The translations under genes and the position numbers were made by a program. From the NCBI RefSeq assembly GCF_009914755.1, contig NC_060931.1: a DNA stretch of 64,000 nt; one strand, 5' to 3'. The notes beneath the pieces are model-generated. The model saw only the letters and a list, made by a program, of their open reading frames with translations. It was not told the origin of the DNA and made no database searches. This document shows positions 18,445-37,686 of this stretch, one piece after another (the stretch's first letter is position 1; the number at the start of each line of letters is the position of its first letter). This DNA is from the human T2T-CHM13v2.0 reference genome, Homo sapiens.

Positions 18445-21379
18445 CCATGTAAATGCAATACCTATTTAACTAATTTTGTTGCCTCCTGCCTATATGATTG
18501 TATAAATAAGCAGTGAGATGGACCCTGGGTAAAATGAGATCATAGTTGAGAAGCAACCCTTTTCCTCAAATGCTGCATCTTCCACTCTTGTATCTCTGTG
18601 TATTCTTTTTTTTTTTAAGTGTAAAATGATTTGAGCCTGGCAAACCTGTGTGAACTAATCTCCTACAACCAAAACTCCCAAATGCCTAAAAGATCATGCC
18701 ACCCTTCCATGGTATCCTGTTTCTTTTTATGTAAAGTGAGGGCTGGCATAAATAAAATTTTCTGTTCTGAAAAACTCTTATTATCAATGAAAGAGAGATA
18801 ATTTATGGAGAGAAAAAACAGGGGAGTAAGTACAGAATGGCAGATCCATAAGAAATTGTTCCAAATGAAAAGCAAGCTATGAAAATTGGTATTTTCAAAA
18901 AAGATTAACGAAGTCAATCTCTGTCCTACCTCTACTGCGATATTCCTTCCCTGAATATTTTAACAGTAGATATATAACAGGGACAGAATAATTTGAAATC
19001 AGAAGTTTCTCATTTTAAAAAAACTAGTGATTTAAAGAGTAAAATTCACTTTACCTTGATTCCAAAGAGCTGTTAGAAACACAACTCTCATGGAAGGACA
19101 TTTAATTATATGAGCTTCACAATAACATTGTCTTCAAATCAGGCCTACCCCCTAACATTTGGAGGATCTGAGTCAAAAGCACATATTGAAGTCAACTTCT
19201 CATGTTGACTTTAAAACTCTAAATATTTTAAAGTTACAAACAAAGCAAAATAAACTGTTAAATAAATACTTAAATCCTCCTGCCTGGACACCTTTATAAA
19301 ACCCTGAAATATCAGGTTTTAATTTAGATTTCTCAAACTCTTCAAAGTTCCATACCTGCTTAGTCCCCAGCCCCATGGCTACCTACCCTTGGGAGGGTGG
19401 AGGTGAGGAAGAAGCCATGGAAGTTGCTTGGACCATGTGAGCTAGGAATTCCTCCATCCTGGTTACCCCAAATGTGGTCTGATGAGGGCATACAGACTCT
19501 GAGTGAGTACATCCCTTTAGCAACACAGACACTTTACCCCATGAAGAGGGGCAGGACCCAAGAAAGGCCAGAGTGGAAACCTCAAATGTTTGGGGTTCAG
19601 GCTCAGGGGACATTCTCACTCTGGCCTAAGGATTATACTGCTTCAGATACTTCTTGGTGATCAATCGTTAGATGAGGGAATAGAGAGTAAAGCTTTCATT
19701 CTTCTGGATACTTTGGAATATTATTTTTAAATGTAAATTTTTTATGACATTAGTTGACAAATCAAAAGTTGTAATGATTTGTCTTTTGGATCATTTCTCA
19801 GCCTTCTGGCTAAGACCAAGTGTGATTTGTCTTTTGGCATCATGCAGCATTAGAATTTTCTGAAATTCAAGGTCATATACAAAGTGAAGTGGAGTTGGTT
19901 GATTCTTATTATTATTTTGTGTGGTTTTTACATAATGTGCAATCCAAAAGATAATCTCTAGGGAGGAGTAATAGGAGTAGAGAGAATGGAAAAGGAGACT
20001 TTTACCCTTAGTTGATACCATTCTGAACTGTGGGACTTTTTTATCGTTTGGATATATCACATTTACATTAACATGACAAAAAATTAAAGATCTTTTAATA
20101 GTCTCTTATGCAAATATAGAAGTTTGAATGCTGAATTTAATGATTAGGCATAGGTCTTTTGGTCTCCAGATGAAACACTGCCAACTCAACATATTAGGTA
20201 ATGTGATAAATACAGAAATGCTATTTTTTCTTAATGGCAACATTCACATTTGAAGCAAGCTGTCAGTAGCAAACAGCTTTGCTTGAGTTGCCTGGTTTAG
20301 CAGATGTCTTTGTTAGGAATGTGACAATTATCACCATTGTTTATTTCAGTGAATATCAAGTAGTACAGAGGGAAGCCAAGTCCTCATCAATAGTGCACAT
20401 GGTTAATTGCATCATGATAACTTCTCACATGCCTTACTCTTTGTTACTTGCTCTTGAAATTATGAAAAGACATATCTGACTCTGACTAAAAAGGTGAATG
20501 CAGTTCAAAGTCAATATCAGCTGTAACACAAAACTATGTAGACCACATGGGAATAGGCAAATTACTTTTTTCCAGCTACTTTACTTGCTGTATAATAATA
20601 ATAGGTAACATTTACTGAGCACTGACTTTGTACCAGATAATTAAGAAGCACTTTACATACATGATCTCTTTCAATTATAATCAGAAGCTTCCCTGATATT
20701 TGCATATATTCTTTCACTTGCACTGTGTCTTCCTTTTAACATGTTATTATTTGCTATAGTGCCAAAGGCTTATTTTGATATGATGAATATCATGAATTTT
20801 GTCCACTAAATAATTCCCATTATGGAAGTTCCATTATAAGGAGAAAATGTATACTATAATAAAGACTAAATTATTAAGGAAAACAAAATAAAAATCTTGC
20901 TCCCCAAGACAAGTTAAATTGATCCTTAATTCTATAAATTAAATCAAGTCAAAGCTTGATATAGAATTCAACAATTCTATAAACAATAAAACATCTACTA
21001 TGGGAGCGCTTCATATTCATTGGGTCGGATGCAAAAATGAATTAGGCTGTGTCCCTGTCTTCCAAGATGTATGCTTTAATGGAGAAGAGAAACACGTAGG
21101 TGCCAAAACAGACTGTACTCAGTTCTGTGTTCCAGATATTAACCAAGTATTTGATAATGCAGGGTGACTCTTGTTCTGACTTTGGTGATGGAGACAGCAT
21201 TTTGAAAGAGAATGATTTGAATGAGGTCCCTGACCATGGGCCCTGAACTTTTGAGGGTCCCACTCTGGCCTTCTGGGGGCTCTACAAAAGCTGATCTAGG
21301 AGGAAGACCATCAGACAGAGGCAATAGTCTAAGAAAAGGCAACTGAGACCCTGGTCTGTTTGAGAGACTTGCCACACAG

Positions 21380-23680
21380 ACCAGGCTGCAAGAATGGAGT
21401 GGAGATAAGATGAGAGAGATGGATTCAGACCAAATCATGGAGATCTTTGACTACAGAGGAAAGGGGTAGGGTATAAAAGTCTTTGAACTGGAAGTGTGAC
21501 TTGGTCATATCTGAACCTTAGGAAGATGACACTAGCAGCAGTGTTCAAAAATGTGACATTCGAGGTGACAGAGAAAGACAAGTAAGTAAGCCAAAGAATG
21601 AGAAAGAGCTTTCTTTCTTTTTTTTTTTTTTAGACGGAGTCTTGCTCTGTCACCCAGGCTGGAGTGCAGTGGTGTGATCTCAGCTCACTGCAACCCTCCT
21701 CCTGGGTTCAAGCGATTCTCCTGTCTCAGCCTCCCGAGTAGCTAGGACTACAGGTGCATGTCACCACACCTGGCTAATTTTTGAATTTTTAGTAGAGATG
21801 GAGGTTTCACCATAGTGGTGAGGCTGGTCTAGAACTCCTGACCTTAGGTGATCCACCCGCCTCAGCCTCCCAAAGTGCTGGGATTACAGGTGTGATACAC
21901 CACGCCCAGCTGAGAAAGAGCTTTCTATAATGTGAAGAAATCACTGTGAATGGTACAGTTATTTTGCTATTTTTTTGCTAATTCGAGGAAGACAAACTGA
22001 AACCAGAGAGACTTTTTAACATGCTTTTGCAATAGTCCACAGAGGAGTTAATGAGTTTCTGAAGAAGGGAGTGAACAGAGAAGACTGATTTGAAAGATAA
22101 TGGTGGAAGGAGATGCCATTGAATTGATTAGCCAAGATCAAAAACACACCAGTAAAAAGTGATGAGTTGAATTTAGATCAGAGTTTAAAGTGTCTGCAAT
22201 GCATCAGTGTGGAATGCTCAGCATCCAATTAGAAATAAGGGTCTGATTAGGGGAAGACAGATGAGGGCTAAAGGGACAGAGGTAGGAGTCATTCTCACAA
22301 AGGTGAGAGGTATAGCAATTAAATAATTGAGTCATAAGATAGGATGAGACTACCAAGGGACTATTGAGAGTTAAAAGAGAGGACTGAACACTGAATCTTC
22401 AGAAAGCTTACATGTAACCGGCCTATTCTAAAGGGGGAGAAGAGGAATCCTGAAAGGAAACTACACAGAAGCAGTTCATGAGGGAGGAGGAGAGGAGAAT
22501 GCAACATGAATTCCAGTGGAGATGAGGGTTCTAGTGAGAAAAGCGTGGTCCATGTTGTCAAATTCTGCTGAAACCAGAATTTCAGCAGAAGGTCTAAGAA
22601 GAGGATTTTGGCTTTTGAACTTTGCAGAGGCTGAAGGTGCTTAGGATTAAGTGGGGGAAGAAACCAAGATGGATGAAGTTTGTGGATGAAGAAGAAAAAG
22701 AGAGAGACAGAAATACAAAGAATGGAAATTAGACTCCAGGGAGAGTCTCCTTAGGGCAGGAGAGAAACGGTTTGCAGTTATTAAGGGGAGGACTCGAAGA
22801 AGAGATGATTGATAGAGCAAAGTCAAAGAGGACATGGGAAGGGAAGAGAGAAAAAGGGTAGATGAAAACACTGGCTTTAGAACAAAATCACAAAAATTCT
22901 TCTTCAGACACCGGGGGAAGATAAGTGAATAGGTAATAATTTGGACAAAATGATATTTATAAGTTATTCTTATCAGATGACCTCCAGCTTCTAGTAAATT
23001 AGGTGGCAAAAGAGGTTAGAGGTAGATGTAGAAATTTGGTAAGACTGCAGAGGAGTGAAACAACAGATAGAACTATTTTAAGAGTGAATGAATGAGAGAT
23101 GAGAAAAGGAATGTCCAGTGTTGTTGAGTTCCAAGACAAACTGTACAATACAACTTTTAGAGCAGTCAGTCAGCCTGGTTATGGTATGTTCTCCAGAAAT
23201 GTTCAGCTGCCAAGAAATGGGTAAAGAAGATACAGATGGTTTCCTTAACTAGGGCTGGAAATCAGCAGAACAGGTGTGACAGAAGAACAGTGAGATGAGT
23301 CATTAGAATGCTGGCGAGGGCAAAGTGAGAAAAGTTGTCCCAAGGACTCATGAGGTGCCTTATGATGTCCTGTGAAACCAGGAAGACTAGTGGATGGGGA
23401 AAAAGCAAAGGGACTGGATCTAGTGATGTGAAGAATGGGTCAGAAGGTATGAGGTTATAGGAGAGATAGAAAGATAGGTAGTGGTCAGAGGAAATTTTTC
23501 ACGTTTGACAGTCTCAGATGTGGAGAAGTTGAGGGTGATGGTGAAAACTAAGGTATGTCTGGCTACACCAAAGAGGATCTGAGGCAGAATGAGATGAAAG
23601 TCACAAAGATCAAGTTAAGGAGCCAATAGTTCAGAAAGTTAGAAAGATTATCAACATGTATTTTGAATCTCCCAAAATAC
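21380..23680 (-). mobile_element. Long degraded L2 containing AluS 21615-21911 (-)
   Basis: Purine-rich L2-like body; Alu TSD tgagaaagagctttct. Confidence 0.65.
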
Positions 23681-25311
23681 TGTGGTTGGTAGCTGAGACT
23701 TATTTAATATGATGAAAGCCACACATTAATATGATATTAAAATATGAGTCACTAGAAAAGTATCTGGAAGGGGGTCACTCAACCTTGCTCCTTCAACAAA
23801 TATATATCAGGTAATATAATGGGCTTAACATGAAACTACATTCAACAAGCATGATATGATGGATATGTTTTTAAACAATGGTTTAATTAACGTTGAGTTT
23901 AGTTCCCACTGTCAGAGTACAACTTAGCACCTTGTGGATGACCTTGCACTAAAAGTAGAAAATACAAATCAGTTACCATGAAGAAGGAAAGAAAAGTAGA
24001 GAAGTTAAATCCAGTAATTAAGAAACATCACCATACATTTAAATGAATGGTTGGACCAAGTAAATAATAATAATGCTCAAGAAATTACCTGTATTCATCC
24101 TGAAACTGCTAATCATTCCCTAATGTTTTGCCCTAAGAGTATACATTTTCACACTCAAAGATTCTTTGTACAAACAGTCAATGGACCCAGAAATACAGGC
24201 TTTCTCACCAATTTGCCTTCTAGGTTGTCATAAGACTAGCTCGGTGGTGGCACATCTGGAGTCATCGAATGCAGGAACCACAACAAATGGGACTCACTGG
24301 TTCTTTGTACCACATATGGGAACACAGCCACAATTTTCTAAAGTTCTGAAAATAAATAAATTTTTTTTTAGAGACAAGTACAGTGACTCTATTATATACA
24401 CTCATCAGGAGATTGTGCAGAGTTTGGGATGTTGTAATCATCTAACTCAAAGAGGAATTGTTAGCCAGATGTCGAAAAATACATGTAAATAGGCTCTGGG
24501 AGTACATGTTATCTCTAAATCTTCCCAAAGAATGTTGAACTAGTCCTAGAACATTTACTTACATATGCTTTTCAAACAATCTTTAGAGTAAACTGAGAAG
24601 CCCTCTTTTGCATTACTTTGGTTAGTCCAATATAGATAAAACATTGATAATTGTTGAAGCTGTGTGGTGGATATGAGAGTTTATCATACTCTTCTCTCTT
24701 CTTTTGTATATGTTTGAAATGTTTCATAATAAGAAGTAAAAAAACATAAAAGGAGAGAGGAGACAGTCTCCTTATGGGGCTTGTATAGCTGGTGGTAAAT
24801 GAGACCCCTTTCTTTTCTTCTTCCTGTTGACACACTGTAACCTGTGAAAAGCTGCTTACTCAAGTTTCCTTTTCAACAGAACAAATTAGAATGCACTGAG
24901 CCTAAGTTATGGATGGCATAGCATCATTATTGTTCCTCATATTCCTTCATGCGTCATAAAATTCTTCCACGTGCTGTCATTTCATTTGCTCCCACAGAAC
25001 TTCCGTACTCACACGCTTCTCCCAAATAGTTTTCCTCCCAACATCCATCCTGAATGCAACAGGTTTTAATCATTCATGAACCAATCTTTATGGAACACCT
25101 AGTAAGTGTCATTATTTTAACATTATTTTATAAATTCCATGCCTAATTATTTTTGCGTGACAAAAATATCATCTAACAGAAAGCATTTATTTCCTCAATA
25201 AACATCTATTAAGCACTTAATATCTGCAAAGTAGGTATCAAGGCCTTGGTTATAAAGCTTGCTGGAAACTTCTGCAAGGAAGCAAAAATGGTTGAAGATT
25301 AGTGAGGTGAG

Positions 25312-25602
25312 GGCCTGGGGCAGTGACTCACGCCTGTAATCCCAGCACTTTGGGAGGCAGAGCGGGGTGGATCACAAGGTCAGGAGATTGAGACCATCCT
25401 GGCTAACATGGTGAAAACCCATCTCTACTAAAAATACAAAAAAGTAGCCAGGCATGCTGGCACGCACTTGTAGTCCCAGCTACTTGGGAGGCTGAGGGAG
25501 GAGAATCGCTTGAACCCAGGAGGCGGAGGTTGCAGAGCATGCTACTGCACTCCAGCCCGGGTGACAGTGAGACTCTGTCTCAAAAAAAAAAAAAAAAAAA
25601 AA
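25312..25602 (+). mobile_element. Alu (Sc-like)
   Basis: gagattgagaccatcctggctaacatgg; TSD attagtgaggtg. Confidence 0.93.
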
Positions 25603-25656
25603 TTAGTGAGGTGGCACTTCTAGTGAGTAAGTGAGAATATTTAAAAATGCAGATTC

Positions 25657-27287
<1,631 letters not shown>

Positions 27288-28831
27288 AAATGCAGATTCC
27301 CAGGCCCTGCCAACAGAGGGATTTAAATTTGAGGTAGTCCCAGAAAAGGCTGAGAACCACTGGTCTAAGTCATTAAGTCTAAGGTGCCCAAGAGACTCTA
27401 GTCTGACTTAAGCTGGCCTTCAACTTGGAGTGTAGTTGGCAGGTGTAAGCAGGCAGGATATTTGTCTGAAGCTGCATCCTGGTGCCGGAAGGAATCTGAA
27501 AACAGGGTCCAAATCTAGAGAGAGAATTCAGCAGGATTTAGGCAAGGGGTCAGAACTCAGAGCTGCCAGGGTTTAGGTTCAAGGCTGGGCTTTGGTTCCG
27601 GTGGAGTGCTAAGCAAGGATCCTGAAAAGATCTACTGTATATTTTGTCCCAGTTGTGTAGCAGGCACTGTGTGAAGCTCTTACTCACGTCATCTCATTGA
27701 TTCTTTATAATTAGCCCTGTGAGACAGGTTGATTTGCCCAAAGTCAGACAGCCAGTAAGTGGCTGAGTTGTGATTTGAGCTTAACTCTATTCTAACTGCA
27801 AAGCCCCTCTCTTTCTGCCCCTCCATGGTGCCTACAAGGACTGGGGCAAAGGGTCATCAGGCTCGCCCAGGGCAATAGCTAGGGAGACCATTGGAGTATA
27901 AGGGGTTCTGCTCATGTAAGGCTTCAGGCATCTGGCTATTTCCACACTCCCCTCACTAGTAGGTGAAATAAACTCCCAGTGACTGATAGGTTCTCTTGAT
28001 TTCCAGCATTATGTCTCAGGCAACATAGGGAAATTGGCAGGTTTCTCTTTGTGCCCACAGCCTTCCTGATTATATCTGTTTCTTTTCCAGTCCCTTAGGA
28101 GGGGACTACCAGCCTCATGCTCTTCATCTCCATTCCCATTCAGGAATACATGTCTGAAGACAGATGAAAACATTGTACTTTTGGGACCTATTGCGTTTGA
28201 ACAAAGATGAGGTACTTACAAGAATAAAAGTGATATCAAGAGCTGGAGATAGGAAAGATTTGGAAGATAAACCGAATTCCCAGAAATCACACTTGTAGAT
28301 AGGCTGTAGCACATTCAAACTGCTCCTATTGCTATCTGAAGGAAATGATAAGATTTTGGGAGATGAGCTGATCAAGAGTTCTGCTGCTTCAGAGATTCTC
28401 TAGAAGTACTTTTCATACCACTGTACAGGCCTATGTATACAAAGTCCTCATTTTTCACAGGGAACAATAAGTATGTGTACGCTTCTCACAAAGACAGTCA
28501 TCAGTGGTCACAACCCATCAAAGCCTCTTTCTTTTGATAACTGAAGTGATAGACCCAGTCACTGCTTTATTAGTATTCCAAATACCAGCACCACCCTACC
28601 CTACAATAAACAGAGTCAACAAGAGTGGCTCTCCTGGTACTCTTCACCTCACCAACACTGAGAGCTCAAGACCACGGAATTTTCTTCTACTTATCAGTGT
28701 ATCACTTGTGAGTCCAAAATTGTCCTAGCAAATACTTCTGACTAATGGCTACCAGACACATTAATATATATTTTAAAATTTACAGGTGGTAGTTTATTTG
28801 CTGAGGAAATACAGTAATGAACTTTGAATGA

Positions 28832-29158
<327 letters not shown>

Positions 29159-29368
29159 TAATTTTTAAACATGAGTTCAGACTATATACAGTTTTCTACA
29201 ACTTGAGGTTTTTGACTTACCATGGACATCTTTTCAGGCCTAGTGTTCTATTTATATGATTGAACTGCAATTTATGATACAACTGTCCTATTAATGGACA
29301 ATTAGGTTATTTACTATTTTTGCTGTTTCAATCAGTGCTATAGTGAGCATCCTTATATAAATACCTTT

Positions 29369-29680
29369 TGACACCGGGCATGGTGGCTCATGCCTGTAAT
29401 CCCAGCACTTTGGGAGGCAGAGGAGGCGGAGTGGTCAGGAGTTTGAGATCAGCCTGGGCAACATGGCGACAACCCCATCTCTACTAAAAAAAAAAAAAAA
29501 TACAAGAATTAGCTGGGCGCAGTGGCGGGTGCCTGTAATCCCAGCTACTTGGGAGGCTGAGGCAGAAGAATTGCTTGAATCCAGGAGCGGAGGTTGCATG
29601 AGCCAAGATCATGCCATTGTACTGTAGCCTGGGCAACAGAGCAAGGCTCCATCTCAAACAAAACAAAACAAAACAAAAAA
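29369..29680 (+). mobile_element. Alu inside an old reverse L1M fragment
   Basis: Alu consensus with (caaaa)n tail. Confidence 0.9.
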
Positions 29681-29788
29681 TCTTTTGATATATGTACTGG
29701 TTATTTTTCTAGGACAAACATCTAAAACAGGAATTGCCGAGTCAAATGGTATACATATTAACTAGACTTTGGTAGCTTGCAGGGAGAA

Positions 29789-30190
29789 TGGTATGGGATG
29801 AACTACATCCCTCAAAAATTTATATGTTGAAGTCCTAACCCCTAGTCCTCAAAATGGAACTGTATTTGTAGAGGTAAGGCCTTTGAAAGGTAAGTTAAAA
29901 TGAAGCTGTTAGGGTGCGCCCCAGTCCAATCTGACTGGTATCTTAATAAGAAGGAATTTGGACACATGAAGAGAAACCACAGAGGTACACACACAGTGGG
30001 AAGACCACGTGAGGACACAGTGAGAAGGTGGCCATCTGCAAGCTAAGGAGAGGGGCCTCAGGAGAAATTTAATTTGCTAACACCTTGATCTTGGAATTTT
30101 AGCCTCCAGAACTGTGAGAAAATTAATTTCTGGCATTTAAGTCACCCAGTTTGTGGTATTTTGTTATGGCAGTCTGAAAAGACTAATAGA
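29789..30190 (+). mobile_element. MLT1-type MaLR solo LTR
   Basis: tatgttgaagtcctaacccc...ccaatctgactggt...gccatctgcaagc...agcctccagaactgtgagaaaat...gttatggcagtc...gactaata. Confidence 0.85.
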
Positions 30191-30219
30191 GGAATCACTC
30201 TAAAAGCCTGGGTGGATCC

Positions 30220-30288
30220 CCAGGTGATCCACCCGCCTCAGCCTCCCAAAATGCTGGGATTACAGGCGCGAGCCACTGCACCCAGCCT
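30220..30288 (-). mobile_element. Alu 5' fragment (about 70 bp)
   Basis: caggtgatccacccgcctcagcctcccaaaatgctgggattacaggcgcgagccactgcacccagcc. Confidence 0.9.
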
Positions 30289-31297
30289 GGATGAAAATTT
30301 TTCTGTATCCTGTGTACACAACAGGATAAAGTAATTTATTTCTATATCATATACACAATAGGAGAAAGGCAGCATAATAAGGCAGACCAAACACTGGGCT
30401 TTGTTGCTTATTAGCTGTGCAACTTTTGCAAATTACTTAACTTCTCTGAGCTGTGTTTTCTACCATGAGAAAACAAAAAGAGTAATACTTGCCCTGAGAA
30501 GTTTTTGTGAGGACTGGGCATAATATACGTGATTGTCTAACAATACCCGGGATTTAGAGAGTTGAGGTGGGGCCCCTGTGGTGTGAGCGAGCTGTTCTAA
30601 TCACTTGCTCCCTCCACTCGTGTCCTTTGTCTCTTCCTTCATCACCCTTACCCTCCTTGCTTGTTGCAGTTTCTTTAACATGGTGTTTATTATAAACCTG
30701 GAGGAATTTCAAGGATCTTTGGAGGTTTGTGAACAATTTGTTTTTTGATGTATCTCATTCTGACATGACATGGCATTAAGATTACAGGAAGAAGTTATTA
30801 AGGTATTTTCCCATTCACTTATCCCCACTTGTCATCATATAAACTACAAAACAGTGAGAAGAAAATCAAGAATATCTTTCCCACATTTCTTTCTTTGATT
30901 GATGGGAGTAAATAGTTCACCTTTAGTAGATCATTTTAAGTACATTAGTCTTTAGATTAAGACAATTAAATCACCCTAGATCTACCTAGTGGCTAGGGTA
31001 AGTTAACACAACGTTTGCAACTGAGCCTTAACATATTCCCTCTTCCTGACCATGCCTCCTCCCTCAACTTTCACCATATCTGATCCATGTGCTTCTTTGA
31101 GAAAGAGGTAGGAAGGAAACTTGAAATGACTTGAGGATCTACATACATTCCATTCTGCAGCCATCCTCAATTACCTTCACATACTTGACATTCTTTCGAT
31201 TTCCCAAAGAAATTATATACCCAAAATGGCACAGCTACAGTAGCTGGAATGATTGGTGTCAAGGTATAATACTTTTTTCTTCCTTCAGCAAATCATT

Positions 31298-33586
<2,289 letters not shown>

Positions 33587-33776
33587 TTCCTTCAGCAAAT
33601 CATTTTACATGTAAAGTGAAAGATTGCTTTGCTGCAGATTGTTGTGTATTGGTGACAAAAGGAGAGGAAGAGCGAGAGTATCCACCAGTGATTGAAGAAA
33701 GGGCTTTACTTTTATCATCTTTTCCTTCTCTTTTTTTCTTTTCAGAGTTCACCTTGGTAGATTAAGCACTATAGGG

Positions 33777-34125
<349 letters not shown>

Positions 34126-36980
34126 CTAATAGGTTAGTACCTATCTTGGGAAGCTAAGAGTCAGGGCTGCCTTTTATCTAGAACTGATCAGAAGGGAGAG
34201 GGGCTAGAAGCAGCTGGGCTGAAGCAAGAAAAGTAAAGATGGATTTGTTCTCTTGACCCAACCTGGCCAATGGCAGAGTTAGCCAAGGCTTTCATTTGTC
34301 TGTCATGGAGATGCTAAAAACAGAGAAGTCTCTGCCAGATTTTAAATCTGGGGGCAAATTGTGTAGGAACTGTTGTTTTTCCTTTTTTCTCAATGTGTTT
34401 GTGTGTGCATGCAATGGAAGCTGGAGATAAATTAAGGAGCAACTATGAAGATAATATAACAATTTCTTCCTATTTGCAATATTTAAGTTCCACTTTTTTT
34501 GCCCCTTTTTGGTGCTGCTTTTTCTACTCTATTTTCTAAACCACATATAACCCTCCAAAATATATGCAATTATTTCCAATAAATATTTGAGTGCCTACTA
34601 TGTGCAAGGTATTATGCTAGGTTCTGCATTAGAGAGCTAAGATTTAGTCTACCTCATGGTCTGCAGTCTCACAGCAAAAGTAACCCATGGTCATGCTTGC
34701 TCATAGATTTGCAAAAACAGCTAGATTTTACAAAAGAAAACATTTTAGTTGTCTAGCATTCATTGATAGCATCTACATGTCATGGACATTTAGCTCAAAG
34801 CAAAAACGTATTTTGAAATAATGAACAATTAAATGATCACTTTTATCAGAAACAAAAATTTCAGAAGAGTCTGCTCACTTGTGTGTCACAAATCGTGAAA
34901 GGGAAAGGGAATTATGTCCATGCCATATGTGAACCATAGAGTTAGGCAGTAATATCATATCATCTGCAGTACAGCTGCTTCATTTAAATTCAAACTCTAA
35001 CATTTATAGTTTCAATAGTTGTTATTGTGGGCTGTATACATGACATTAAAAATCATATTTGAGGAAGTTCTTGAATTTGGTAGCTGATTTAGATTATAAG
35101 GTCTCTTCCAACTCTAAGATATTAGAGTCTATTAGGACACAAATGTAGTCTTGGGAATAAGAACTTGAGGGTGAAATATCCAGAGTTCAACACCAGTGTT
35201 TAATGCTGCATTGCTACCATTTTGGATAATAAAAATGACAATTATTTTGGTTTCATAAAATCTGTTTATCTGTTTATAGTGTTTGGCTGGAAAGATGTTA
35301 TCACTTACTGCCAAATTTTTAAAGCAAATAAAAGAAAAAGGAGTATCAACCAAAAACCATAAATAAATCATAATCATGATTCTGCACATGAAAAGGAGCA
35401 CATCATGGATAACAATCACAAACACCATCATTTGCTTTTTTTTTTTAATAGATGCTTAAGTACCTCCCTAAAAATAGGATCCAATCAATATCAAATGATT
35501 AGAGATACAGTACAGGAAAGAATTTCTGAGTTGTTGGGAGCCTCATGAAGGAGGGGAGTAATGACACACTATACTACTTTAACTATTACTAAGCATTTGT
35601 CCTCTACCAGTCAGTCTCCATGGTAATCCAATGCAACTGCTTCGCTTAAAGCAAGTGGATCAGTCTGGCACAGGCTAATTTGCTTCCTCTCCAAATTTCC
35701 TGTTTTCCTGGATATGAGGTCTCTAAGTGCATCTTCAGGAAACAGCCACTCATTAGAGGTCCTCTAGAAAGGATAACTTGGAGAGAGCAGGTTCTTATTG
35801 CTTGCTAAAATCATAGCCTTGTTCTAACCTCATGTTTCATCTACATAAAATTACTAAAGTTCAATTCAGTTCACTTTCAGGAGTCTCTTCTAGTGCAGGA
35901 GGCATTCACTTATTGCCAAAGTCAATATACTAAGTCTGGTTGTTGAAGGCAGCTGGTTTCCCATAGAACCATGTGTCCTTGTTTCCTATTTCAGTTAGTT
36001 TCTGAGTCAATGGTAGGAAAATGCCAAAGGGAGTTGGCAACAATGGCCTTTTCCACTTATAATAGATTTTCTTTGATGTACTTTGGATTTTTCTCCAGTA
36101 TTGTGTTCAGCAGTATTTCTACTGTGTAATCAGATTGGATAGCTCCACAACAAGGCACTGATTGGCAAGAGAACACCGAGGTAAATGGTTTCCTCTCTTC
36201 CTTTGGTCCCTGAGGCAACCGTGCTGCCAGTCTATTACCAGTGATATGGAGTCTTGAGAGGGAAGTGAGGCTCTTATCTGCATTAGAACTAAGGTTCCAG
36301 AAGAGCCCTGGAATTTGAAAATTCCTTGAGCCTCCAGTGATAAGTTGAGATAAATCCGGCCTCCCGAGGCAGTCTGGATTCAAACATCCTATTTCTGCAC
36401 TGCTTCCTCCCCCTTCCCTCCTTGGCTGGTGGGAAAAACTCTTCCTGAGGTGACTAATTTAAGAATGGGAGTTATTTGCTCTGCTTTTTTGCTGTTTAAC
36501 TCTCTGGGGCTTCAAGCTGCATGGTTCTCTCATTTTATTTTCTTTTGTTTTGTTATTATTACTATGTCTTTTGGCTTTTCCTCCTTTGTGGGATGAAGTT
36601 TGATTTTAAACAGAAAAAAAAAGCTATGAGGCTTTATTTAAAAAAAAAAACAACTTTGTTCATCAGTTTTATAGCCTTGCAAGTGTCACTTGACTTCCTG
36701 TACCTTACAGATTCCTAATCTATAAAAGGGCATGTCAATATTCCCTTGAATTTGTGGAACATTAACATTGTCAATTATTTTAGATTCTTTGTTCTCAAGA
36801 TAACTTTCCTCTAATAACTATGCTATTTAATCATGAACTTAACATTAGAATGTATAATTTTCAAATATTCAAAAGTTAAATATAAAAATATTTAAACCAT
36901 ACTTACCTTGATTCCCTGGTGTTTGTATTTCACGACACTTAAACGAGATTTTGTGAATGGTAGAATATTTCTCTTGTGTA

Positions 36981-37310
36981 ATAGTTGTCTCTCAGTATCA
37001 GAGGGGATTGGTTCCAGGACCTCCTGTGGATGACAAAATCCTCAGATGCCCAACTCCCTGATATGAAATGGTGTAGTACTTGCAAATAACCTATACATAT
37101 CCTCTCTTATACTTCAAATCATCTCTAGGTTACTTATAATACCTAATACAAGGTAAGTGCTATGTAAATGGCTGTTATACTATATTGCTTAAGGAATAAT
37201 GACAAGAAGAAGTCTGTACATGTTCAGTACAGATGCAATTTAAAAAAAATTTTCTGTGGTTGGTTGAATCCATGGGTGTGGAACCCACAGATACGGAGGG
37301 GCTGGCTATA
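36981..37310. mobile_element. MER2 (Tigger-derived MITE)
   Basis: ggggattggttccaggacc...ttacttataatacctaataca...gttggttgaatcc...gatacggagggg with degenerate terminal inverted repeats. Confidence 0.85.
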
Positions 37311-37391
37311 TCTTGAATGAAGAGTTTTCATATTTGAAATCTGACCTGAAAAAAAAATTAATTCATACAAAACTAAGTTAGTTTCAACTTG

Positions 37392-37686
37392 TTTTTTTTT
37401 TTTTTTTTTTGAGACGGAGTCTTGCTCTGTCACCCAGGCTGGAGTGCAGTGGAACAATCTGCTCACTGCAACCTCCGCCTCCTAGGTTCAAGCCACTCTC
37501 CTGCCTCAGCCTCTCCAGTAGCGGGATTACAGGCGTGCACCACCACGCCCAGCTAATTTTTGCATTTCAGTAGAGACAGGGTTTCACCATGTTGGCCAGG
37601 CTGGTCTTGAACTCCTAACCTCGTGATCCACCCACCTTGGCCTCCCAAAGTGCTGGGATCACAGGCATGAGCCACCGTGCCTAGCC
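37392..37686 (-). mobile_element. AluS
   Basis: Reverse Alu; TSD tagtttca(a/g)ctt. Confidence 0.94.

Noticed and set aside
22563-22590. 11-bp inverted repeat ttctgctgaaa / tttcagcagaa
   Set aside because: Short, inside degraded L2, with no supporting context
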